The position numbers were made by a program, and so were the translations under genes. From Schmidtea nova (Eukaryota), in NCBI GenBank assembly GCA_044892505.1, contig CM097883.1, forward strand, positions 264,430,001-264,494,000: DNA of 64,000 nucleotides, read 5' to 3'. Shown here one piece after another: positions 1 to 10,028 of the stretch. A model generated the notes under the pieces. The model saw only the letters and a program-made list of their open reading frames with translations, ran no database searches and was not told the DNA's origin. How positions within the stretch are numbered: position 1 is the first letter of the stretch; each line of letters opens with the position of its first letter.

Positions 1-10
1 AATATTCCAG

Positions 11-826
11 TTGAAAACGAGCGGACAGTTCAGAGAAAGAAGCATAAAGCATCAAATAAAGTGGCTAATAGAACAAGCCAGAACATGGAAAAAGACCTGG
101 AAAAGAACTCGAGACGAACTACGAGAATTCCCAAAGAAGCTGGTGTCAATGAATGAAGCAGAATTGTGGGAAAATGCAGAAAAGCAAGAGATAGAAAACA
201 AAGAATTAAGACGGCAAATTCAATTAAAAACCGAATGGAATCAAAGGAGAATGAAATTTACCAGGAATCAAGAAGCTCGTATCAAATATCTGGAATTTGA
301 AAATAGGCAATATGATCAACAGAAGAATATGGATGATAGAAGTATTGAAGAATTGACAATCGAATTGACTATTGCAAACCGTGAAGTCAACGGATATCGA
401 GGAACAAATACTCATAAAGACATTGTCATTCAACACCAGCGACGGCAGATAGAAGAAACAAAGGCCGAATGTGAGAAAGCGATCCAGCAATCGCAGTATG
501 AGATTGAAATGGCTATCCAAAGTTTGGAAGAAAATCGCCAAAACTATGAAAGAGAGATTGAAAGGTTGAAAAATATGGAAAATACGAGAGAGCTCGAGAT
601 AGAAAAGGAACAGCTGAGTGAAGAACTCGATTATATGACATATTTGCTAGATAAAGAGATAGAAATCTCAAGAACTTTGCGAGAGAGAGTTCAGAGCCTA
701 CAAAATCAACCTCCAATAATTCTATGGCCACTTTATCCAACACCAATACAACCTGTACATTTGGAGCAAGAAAATCCTCAAATCGAAGATGAAGGGTTCG
801 GAGAAATTGAAGAGACGTTTGTATAA
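11..826 (+). CDS. C-terminal part of coiled-coil accessory protein (5' end outside window)
   Basis: Nearly identical to the C-terminal 271 aa of 16957-18504; ends DEGFGEIEETFV. Confidence 0.85.
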   Translation: MKTSGQFRERSIKHQIKWLIEQARTWKKTWKRTRDELREFPKKLVSMNEAELWENAEKQEIENKELRRQIQLKTEWNQRRMKFTRNQEARIKYLEFENRQYDQQKNMDDRSIEELTIELTIANREVNGYRGTNTHKDIVIQHQRRQIEETKAECEKAIQQSQYEIEMAIQSLEENRQNYEREIERLKNMENTRELEIEKEQLSEELDYMTYLLDKEIEISRTLRERVQSLQNQPPIILWPLYPTPIQPVHLEQENPQIEDEGFGEIEETFV

Positions 827-1106
827 ATAATAAAAGTGAATGTAAAGTGTAAAAAGAAATTGAAACGTGGTGTAAAAAGAAAACGTTGTAAACAAATGTA
901 AAAAGAAAAAGTTGTAGAATATATCCAAAAAATTAAATAAAAAACAGAAAAAATAAAAAATTCAATAAAAATTAGAAAAAATGAAAAACAAATAAAAATT
1001 AGAAAATGATAAAAATGATAAAAATGATAAAAACAAAAAAAAAAAAAAAAAAAAAAAATTTAATAAAACTGTAGAAAAGAGTTATGAAAAATTCAAATTA
1101 TAGAAA

Positions 1107-1682
1107 ATGAGACTATTGAAGCAAAGATCAGAACCAGAACAACAAACGATATCAAAAGAAAGATTCAAAAAATGGAAAAGAGTAACAGAGCAATATTATC
1201 AAGACCAAATAGACCAATTGAAGGAAGTAGTGAGCAAAGATAGAAAATATATCGCGCAAATGGAGCAAGAGTGCGAGACGATGGAAATAATCAAGCGAGA
1301 AAATTATCTATTTCGCCAACAAAATGGTCTTACTCAAAAATATTGCGACAGACAGAAGCAAGAGATTGACAGACTCAAAAGGGAAATAAGCAGTGAACAG
1401 AACACTGATAATAAAAGGAGAATTAAGATCGAGTCATTACAACGATCATTGAAGAACAAACAGAAAAAGATTATAAAAAGAGAGAAACAGATAATAAAGT
1501 TGAAAAGTGAAATCATCGAAGCAAAATTTGATACGTTCAAAGCAAAGAAAGTTGTAGAAATCAAAACGGCAGAAAATTACGTCCTCAAAGAGCAAAGGCG
1601 AAAAGAAGCAGACGAGATTGCAAAAATGGGTAACTGGAAGCCAGAAAGTCCGCTAAAGCTAAATGAAGAGACGAAAGAATAA
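1107..1682 (+). CDS. 191-aa basic coiled-coil protein, unknown function
   Basis: Intact ATG-stop ORF, conserved with same length at 18795-19370; TTATAG immediately upstream. Confidence 0.75.
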   Translation: MRLLKQRSEPEQQTISKERFKKWKRVTEQYYQDQIDQLKEVVSKDRKYIAQMEQECETMEIIKRENYLFRQQNGLTQKYCDRQKQEIDRLKREISSEQNTDNKRRIKIESLQRSLKNKQKKIIKREKQIIKLKSEIIEAKFDTFKAKKVVEIKTAENYVLKEQRRKEADEIAKMGNWKPESPLKLNEETKE

Positions 1683-1777
1683 AATATATCTAAACTCATG
1701 TAAATATCCCTGTAAAAATATAAAAGAGAAAAGTTGACAAATCATTAAACAAATTTGAATCTATAAATCTATAGAAA

Positions 1778-2602
1778 ATGAGCAATCTAATGAGGATCAC
1801 AACAACCATCGTGATATTTATAATTACAAACTGCCGAAGTGAAGAAGCATTGAGTCAATGTCAAGCAAGCCACCCATTTAGAAGATCCGATAGCATCTGT
1901 GTAAGCTATCAAGAAATGTGTAGCACCAGAAATGAGGATTGTCAACAGATACAGTTACAATGTCAACAATGTCCTAAATCCAGTGAAGATTCAATCACTA
2001 TTCTTAAACAGCTGAAAAACGAAACCCAACAATTAATCCAACTACAAATCTCCTTAACCAAAAGAGACAATCTTCAACTAAAGAAACAGCTCAAAAACCA
2101 ATCATCTTTCAAACAATTAACGACCGAACTAAAGAAATTGAGCAAGTTAATAGAAAAATCTTTAAATAATAAAGATGAAGTTAATGAGGAAAGATCAAGT
2201 TTCACAGAGGAGTTAAATCAAAAACTGAAAAGTCAACTTCATCAGACCGATAGAATTATAAAACAATTGATATTACCCGAAAAGCGAAAGGAGATTATCC
2301 CCAAACAAGGATCAACAAACAAAGACGTCAGAGACCGAGAAGCAGCCATCCCAGTCGTTCTACAAGGCATCAGTCTTTTCGCGGTCATAATGATCCTTAG
2401 CATTGTTGCATCAATCGGGTTAGAGAAAATGAAATTAGAGAAAGCTAAAATCCAGCTGAATACCATCAAACGAATCACCCATGAAGACAACAACCCGTCA
2501 GAGAATTTTCTAAGATCAATATTTGAAGATCCAGTTCCAGAACAGCCTAATCCTGAGACATCTACAACCTCGGTGCAGATGAATTATTTCTATAAACAAT
2601 AA
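1778..2602 (+). CDS. Predicted type I membrane protein: signal peptide, 6-Cys domain, coiled coil, TM, tail
   Basis: Hydrophobic N-terminus (ITTTIVIFIITNC), Cys cluster, hydrophobic segment AIPVVLQGISLFAVIMILSIVASIGL; second copy at 19466. Confidence 0.75.
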   Translation: MSNLMRITTTIVIFIITNCRSEEALSQCQASHPFRRSDSICVSYQEMCSTRNEDCQQIQLQCQQCPKSSEDSITILKQLKNETQQLIQLQISLTKRDNLQLKKQLKNQSSFKQLTTELKKLSKLIEKSLNNKDEVNEERSSFTEELNQKLKSQLHQTDRIIKQLILPEKRKEIIPKQGSTNKDVRDREAAIPVVLQGISLFAVIMILSIVASIGLEKMKLEKAKIQLNTIKRITHEDNNPSENFLRSIFEDPVPEQPNPETSTTSVQMNYFYKQ

Positions 2603-2799
2603 TACGATTCGATTCCCCATTCGACAACTCATGTATTTTCTTCCATTCATTTAATCTATCTATCTATTTGTATTCTCACCTTTAGCAATATCATCATTAA
2701 ATCATAACCCTGTGTAAAAATCGTAACGCCCTTGTAAATAGCAAAAATTGTTTATCATCATTATTCAATTTCCCTCTATTAGAAACACAAAAATCAACA

Positions 2800-3594
2800 A
2801 TGAAATCGTACCGAGAAGTTTTTCTAATCGCCATGATCACAACAATTTATTGTCATCTCGAAGAAACCCAGAAATCAAGCCAATTAAACCCAAATCAACC
2901 ATATAATAAAGAATCATTTGAAATCTTTAACAACAAACAACTATCCGAAAAGATTGAGCAAGCCAAAATCGAAATTCAAAATACCCTTTTCAATCAAAAT
3001 GATGAAATTTCAGGTCTAAAGAGAATAGCAAGGATAATATTAGCCGATTTAGCGATCAGAGATACATTCGAGGATATTTTTGATAACGATCGAGAAACCC
3101 GTGACGCAATAAAAAGTCTCACCAAAGAACTTAAAATGAATATAGGCAAGTTAATCGATCAGCTAACGATAAATTCATCAAGTCCGAAATGTCTGAAACA
3201 AATCCAGAAAATTCATCATAACCTGTCCCAGCAGATTTCCGAAGTAGGAAACCAAACGGCACAACAACTAAGAAAGGCTTATTTCGAAAACCTGGCATTT
3301 AAGAATAAAATCCACGATCACATAAACGAGATATCGAAACCGGATAACAATCAAGACAGAGACAAGTGCAGAATATCCCTCCTAGCATCCGAACAAATTC
3401 TCGATATCTGCCTGATCATCCTTAACTTTTTGCTAATAATCGGAATTTGTGGTATAATATGGCTAGGCTTGACCGCCACCAGAATGATGAACAACATAAC
3501 CTCCAAACAATCCCGAAGAGAAGATGACAAGAAACAGTCGACCAATACCGAGTCATTCAAACTATTCCAGTCGAAGATCCAACCAATTCAATAA
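2800..3594 (+). CDS. Predicted type I membrane protein with helical ectodomain
   Basis: Signal-like VFLIAMITTIYC, TM ICLIILNFLLIIGICGIIWLGL; second copy at 20495; positional counterpart 47565-48134. Confidence 0.75.
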   Translation: MKSYREVFLIAMITTIYCHLEETQKSSQLNPNQPYNKESFEIFNNKQLSEKIEQAKIEIQNTLFNQNDEISGLKRIARIILADLAIRDTFEDIFDNDRETRDAIKSLTKELKMNIGKLIDQLTINSSSPKCLKQIQKIHHNLSQQISEVGNQTAQQLRKAYFENLAFKNKIHDHINEISKPDNNQDRDKCRISLLASEQILDICLIILNFLLIIGICGIIWLGLTATRMMNNITSKQSRREDDKKQSTNTESFKLFQSKIQPIQ

Positions 3595-3888
3595 TAAATT
3601 TGATAATTTAACAAACTTAATAAACTTGATAAAACTTTTATCCGAGTCGTTGTAGACTCATATTGAACTTTGATTAGCCGCTGTAGGCACATAGATTACA
3701 TTTAATTTTGCTTGCGAGTCGATGTAGACTCCTATTTATGTATATGTATAACTTTATTAATTTTTATTTTTTTTTTTTATAAACTTTTTATTTTTATTGT
3801 CGCGAACGGCATGATCACGACCAAGTAGCTCGTGTATAATGTACAACCTTTTGACCTTTGATTAATCTTGGTTCTTAACCCCTCTGAG

Positions 3889-3907
3889 AAATTGCGGGAC
3901 GCAATTT
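3889..3907 (+). other. Perfect hairpin AAATTGCG-GGA-CGCAATTT just upstream of the 3' LTR
   Basis: 8-bp inverted repeat; same motif at 21566-21584 and 48302-48318. Confidence 0.85.
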
Positions 3908-3929
3908 TTGCGGGCCCCCGAGTATTTTA

Positions 3930-6900
3930 TGTTGGGCCAAAACGCAATTTGTTTTAATAAAGCGATAACCCCATAGGTAGAGAACGCGCAAGATTCCATT
4001 TTTAACCTTAGCTTCCATTAAAAATCCAACAATTAGGTGGAAAACACCAAAGGTGAAGATGAATCAAAACACATCAACCGGTAGACTACGCGCTAACTAC
4101 GAATTTATAAATATTTTCACTGAAATCGCGAGAAAAATTAAAAGCAGAATGTTTGGAAGCTAGAATAGGCAAAAAACCCATGGAGAATGCCCATAAAGAA
4201 CAGAATTTTGTCATAAACCTTCAAGTGCAGAAAAATTAACAAAAGTTTAGAAGAAAACTGTGAATTTATCACAAAATTTCACATATAACAATAGAGAGAA
4301 TTAATATGGATCGAATATCATAAATTAAATCAAATCGAACAAATTTCGATTCAAACATAAAAATTTTGAATTAAAATAAATTATTTATAGTTTATAAAAA
4401 ATTATTATACAAAACTATGGAATTAATTTTTGGAAAATCATTGGAATTAATTTAGAAAAAAATTAAGAGAAAATTCTAGAACAATTTGTTTTATTGCACT
4501 ACCGGAGATAGAGAAAATTTGATGGTATATATACCGCCATCAAAATGGCAGAATTCAGAATTTGGTGGAAAATTTTGGTATTTTTAAGAATTTAATTTCG
4601 TAAAAATTTGGCAGAATTTTTTTTTGGCAAAAATTTTATAGGGAATTTTTGAAAGAAATTTTTTCTAAAAGAATTTGTGGAAGAATCTTGAATCCAAATT
4701 AATTAATTGAAGAATCTTGAACTCAAATTTTCCGGAAGAATTTATTGGAGAAAATTCCTGAAGAAGACAATAAAAAATTTTAATTTCCAGAAGACGAGCC
4801 TTTTTGAAAAATCTTTCCCAAAACTTGGACTGTAAGGGTTATTTTATTTTATTTTATTCTCTTTTTATTAGCTCGTCCGAGGGGTATGGGATCGTCGATC
4901 ATCATGCCTGACGACCATCCCATTCCTCGCGTTCTTATGACTTATTTGTTATTTTATTTAATGTTCATATTTTATTATAATTTTATTTGAATATGAAATT
5001 TATTTTTATTTTGAAATTTTGTTATACTCACAAATTCCCAAAAATACTAAAACTTTTCAACAAAAATTATCTGAATAAAATTACAAAAATAAATAAATTT
5101 TTTTTTCTCCCATATCTTCTGACGATCCGTCCAGCCTTAGTTGTGCGGATCTGTTAGTAGCCTGGGTGGATCGTTGTCTGATTGGTAATCGGCCAGCCCA
5201 TATTTCCACTTTAAGGTGAGGCTCATACATCCAAATTCTCGTCATCCCAACTGGGGAATCGTGGTTTGGCCAAGAGCAAGGTTTTGTTATACTAATGATT
5301 TGTATTATAATAGAGTATCATATTTTTATTATCTACATAAGCAATTTCGTAATACAACATAATAATTTCTACCTCATGTCTTGAAATCTAAAATAGGAAA
5401 TATTATTGATTAAAAAGTCGACTCGTACTCACCTTCACCTTCACACTCTCAACAACGTTCATCTCATAAGAAAATGCAAGAAAAATGGATGCTGATGATG
5501 AAAAGAAAATTGTTCGAAATAATGCTCAAGTCTAGAATAATGCTCATGAAGTGAAATAAATTGTGAAACAAGTATTGATTTAATCTGAATTAAAGCTCAT
5601 TATGGTCTAAATAAGTTTTCCTGTGAATCTTGTTTTTCGAGAGCCTGAAATTCCTAAGTGAAGTGTCCCGAAAAATTCGCGTACACTTTGATTGGGAAAT
5701 TCATGCTCAACAAAACCGAAATTTACTTTACTTGATATTAAAAACATTCGTTGAAAAATTTTATAACTTATTTTTATTTTTATCTTTATTTAGCATATAA
5801 ATTTTTTTTTAGATTAAATGCTTATTTAGATTTCGAAACTTATGGATAAAAATTTATTATCATTTCATTTGGATCAGAAGTAAAAATTTGCTTTTTATTA
5901 TGTTGAAAAGATTTTATATGGAAAAAATTGTAAACCAAATTTGGTTCCTAATATTATTAATATATAAAAGATTTTATCATTTCATAAAATTCCGAGAATT
6001 TGAAAATCAAAAGTTATATTAAACCCCATAAAATTTATAGATTGAAATTTTATTATTATATTAAAAAACTCCTATCATTTTATAAAAATACGAATTTGAA
6101 ATTTTATAGAAAATTTTTTGGTTAATATATATTCTAAAATCTAAAAAGTTTAAAACCTATCTTATAAAAATTAAAAATTTTATCATTAGTAAATTTTTCA
6201 TGAAACTATAAATTAAAAAATTCATAAAAAGCATTATAAAACTTATTATTATTTTAATTTAAAATTATTATTATTATTATTTTAATTTAAAAATATTTTA
6301 TATAGTGTACTTGAATTATAATATAACCCCCCCACGATATCTTAAAAATAATGATACATCACTCATTGCAAGAAATCACACCCTTTACACTCAATAGCAT
6401 CATCCATACTAATACACCAGCAACATACATATAAAACACAATACACACATACACAGTGTCATTCAACAACATCCAACAATCACATACACACCAACAAACC
6501 ATACCAAAAATTTCACACAGCCATGCTAGTTAGAATCGTACGTCCAACCACACTCACAAGCACTCAATTGTTTTAAATCACTCATCATACAATCACACAC
6601 AAACGCAATAGTAACAATAGAACACACAGTCATCATACTACACCTCATCTACCAATAAATCATTTATTCTCATCCAACAGTCAAGTCAACATACAGACAC
6701 ATATAATCACATACAATCTCCTGTACTATCAATGAAAAATTCATAATAAACCTGTAAAAGTGTATCAACAATCAAACTCGAAATGATAGCATCCCACATC
6801 ATACATAGACATGCATACCTCCAAAAAGACAATGCCAAGGTTTCATCCCTTCAACCACCACAAAATACCATATTCATTTTACTATTTTTTTTTTTAAATA

Positions 6901-8217
6901 AGTCGGAAACTTCTGGTAAAAATGAGAACCAACAACCAAAAAACGATATTTATTTTTAAATAAAATCAATAATAAACTATTAGTCTTTATTATAAAGTAA
7001 ATTAAGCTTTCATATAAAATCAATAATCACGAACAATGGTTATTTTTATTATAAAGAGAATAAAAATCTTTTATCGATCAACGTTGCGCAAATACCGAGG
7101 AAAACTGATTGTTTGAGGAGTGAATGAGAAATCTCAAAATAAATTCCACTCAAAAACAGAAATTTGTGAAGAACTGTTAGAAGATTTCTTCGGAAAATGC
7201 TGGATCCTATTATTGACAATCTTGTTCACTTGTATTCTCATGGCTCTGACCTTTATAGTTTTAGTTGTTGAGAAGTGAAAAGATGCTTTCTGAATTCCCG
7301 TATTCAATTGGGAGGATATTGACATAATATTTAAGCAATTCATTTAAATATATTCCGATAGAAATCAATAACTGATGCCTTGTAGGAAGATTCGTAGAGG
7401 TTTTATCAATTCAGATATTCCTTTAGAATTAGATAACTCTATTGGCAGCTTAGAATTGACATCGTATAGTGAAATTGATTGGAATCACTGATCCCAGCTT
7501 CCATGTTCAGATGCTATGGAAGTAATTAATTTCAGATTATCAATTTTAATTAATAAATTTACTTATTTTTGCTAATAAACAAGCTTCATAGCGAATTGGA
7601 GCAGCATTCAAATTTCCTAAAGGTTAAATAAAAGTTTAAACAAATGAAATATTAATAGAAATTTAACTCAAGAAAATTATTTAAAGATATAAAAATGGAG
7701 AAAAAAAAAACTAAAGTAGAAATAAAATTATTTTCGTAAATTAAAAATTAAAGTTTTTATTTTATTTTATTTTAAATGTGGCATAAAAATTTATTTTTAG
7801 AATGCTTTAATTAACAATTACCATAAATCGCAATATTAGTAAAATTTAATGTTTTGTTAGTGTTTTTGATGCTCGGAATGATTTATTTGAATGCAATAAT
7901 AAATTTATAGTTAGGTAGAATATTAATGTTGAATTGCCGATAAAATTTTGTTGAATGCTTAAAGATAAATCGTCGAAGAAGGGGACAAAAAATGGGCAAG
8001 AAACCTTCCATCGGTAGCCCTTGGACCCAGGAGATATTCGGTCAATCATAGTTTCGTATTGACGACGCTCACTGATTGCGAATACCCACCCACTTGTTAC
8101 AGTACCAACGTTACATAGTGACGGGTAACAAGGTGGTAATTTAAATGTTTTATGTGTTGAGTTGTTGATGAGAGCCATAGAAACGTCAAGGTCATATTGA
8201 CGGTCAACAACCCACCA
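3930..8217 (+). repeat. LTR of family A (about 4.3 kb)
   Basis: Starts TGTTGGG, ends CCCACCA; both ends match the copy at 21607/53068, which is followed by a PBS. Confidence 0.8.
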
Positions 8218-8905
8218 ATATGTATGTATTAGGACGGACAATAAGTAGAGTTATAGAAGTTGATTTTATAGGGAGAATCTTCCAAAATAAATGAGTGTCT
8301 GAGTCGAAACGAGAAAATAGTCCACAAATTCATAACTGAGCTATCAAAAGATAGTACGCCAAGTTTTAACAGAGCTATCAAAAGATAGTACGTCAATATT
8401 TCTGTTGTTGAAAAATTAGCAAACAACAAACGGGGAAAAACCTGATCACCTTAAGGAGAAAGTGTAGAATAGGCCCCATCGCAAATGTTGATAAATTTCG
8501 TTTGTGACTGATCACCACAAATTGCGAAACGAGTTGACGCGATTATTTTACGATTTTGAATTAGGTGAAAGGGCTAAACCCGTAATGTTCGTCTTATACA
8601 CCAGTTTGCCAAGGCATGATTGGTACACTGAGGTAGAAGACAGTAACATCAGTAAAGAGAAAGTTGCTGAGAAAATTAGATGCAGATTTTAGAAAGTCGA
8701 AAGAGTAAAAAGCGAATTTCGATGAATATAGTAGATGATGGTATAATAAGAAAAGATTCTACCATGGTAGTTAAGGAATTAATTCGTAATTGAAAAGTAG
8801 TAGAACAATTTGAGAAAAACAGTCAGTAACAGCGAATTTATTTAAAAATTTGAGAAAAGGGAAACGAGTGATTTAATAGCATAAAGAGAATAATTGAAGA
8901 CGGCC

Positions 8906-9250
8906 GAGATAATTGAGAAACTTTGAGAGTTCATGTATGTGAGAGACTTTGAGAGTCCAGATAATTGAGAAACTTTGAGAGTTCAGTGAGAGACTTTGAG
9001 AGTCCAGATAATTGAGAGACTTTGAGAGTCCAGATAATTGAGAGACTTTGAATGTCCAGGTAATTTAGAGACTTTGAGAGTCCAGATAATTTTGAGAGCT
9101 CTGGGAGAGACTTTGAGAGTCCAGATAATTGAGAGACTTTTAGAGTCCAGATAATTGAGAAACTTTGAGAGTTCATGTATGTGAGAGACTTTGAGAGTCC
9201 AGATAATTGAGAACCTTTGAGAGTTCATGTATGTGAGAGACTTTGAGAGC
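8906..9250 (+). repeat. Tandem array, unit about GAGAGACTTTGAGAGTCCAGATAATT (26 bp, with variants)
   Basis: Directly visible repeats of ACTTTGAGAGT; related array at 57270-57690. Confidence 0.9.
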
Positions 9251-9528
9251 CCAATGTTTGTGAATATTGTTGAGAAATTTAGGAAAACGTTTGAGAGATA
9301 GAATTAAATAAAACTGCGCAGTTAAAATTTTGTTATGATAGAGAGAAACGTTGAACGTGAATACTTAAGGTATAATAATATTAACAAGAGCAGATAAAAG
9401 ATATTGAAAAATACCAGGAAATAAAATAATGACCATAAATAGATCACGAACAAGACTTTTTTTTTAAAAAAAACCTCGAACGCCGAGATGAGTCTGAAAA
9501 CGAGTCGACAGGATCGTACTGTTATTAT

Positions 9529-9564
<36 letters not shown>

Positions 9565-10028
9565 ATCAGGGTATAGATAATTGATACGACCATATAGATA
9601 ATTATTACGAGATATAGATAATTTAAAATCTGAGCTCAGAGTAAAAGGGGGGGGGGTAAATAGCGTCGATGAAGAAGCGATTTTATTTTAGACTGTCCAA
9701 CAGATCAAAGCCAAGTCAAGAGACAGTCAAATCAATCAGTTATTGAAGAGGTATATATAGAAGAAAAGAAGAAAAAGAAATATAATTGAAAAGGAAAGAA
9801 GTAAAAGAAAATAAATCAAAGAAGATCCAATTGAAGATAAAAGAGAGATCAGCAATCGATATTAAACACGAATTGATAATATTACTAAACCAACCAAGTT
9901 CGTAAAGTCGAAAGATAGAATCAAATCTATTAAGAAACGACGAGAGGAAATTGCAAAGAAACAAAGCTGATAAATAAAGAAGTAAAATCCACAATATTAG
10001 AAAGTTTGTAGCCGATTTTCAGAAAGAA

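Larger units (their letters stand above)
1..8217 (+). mobile_element. Family A copy A1: 3' accessory ORFs plus 3' LTR of a giant Gypsy-derived element (5' part outside window)
   Basis: 1-3930 is collinear and highly similar to 17690-21607 (four ORFs, pre-LTR hairpin); followed by a TG...CA-bounded repeat also found at 21607-23841 + 51548-53068. Confidence 0.85.

Noticed and set aside
1034-1058. Poly(A) run as a LINE or retrocopy tail
   Set aside because: The A2 copy has AAAAACAAAAACAAAA at the same place; it is a slipped A-rich spacer.
4870-4895. GCTCGT..AGGGGTATG resemblance to the 5' half of tRNA-Pro
   Set aside because: Too short, no cloverleaf or T-loop; better explained by the stem-loop.
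7134-8241. Minus-strand ORFs in the A LTR (7134-7343, 7846-8241)
   Set aside because: Frames are not preserved in the second A LTR (only a 64-aa partial at 52835-53029) and show no motifs.
8504-8692. 62-aa ORF conserved at 56869-57057
   Set aside because: GTG start, short, and conservation is explained by recent duplication and the overlapping cis-element.
8931-9228. Minus-strand ORFs over the arrays (also 57385-57666)
   Set aside because: Translations are just the repeat unit read out.
8906-9250. CRISPR-like appearance of the short repeat arrays (also 28321-28732, 57270-57690)
   Set aside because: Units are contiguous with no unique spacers, no cas genes, and the context is a eukaryotic retroelement.
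9528-9565. (ATT)n and similar AT microsatellites
   Set aside because: Ordinary low-complexity sequence for an AT-rich genome.
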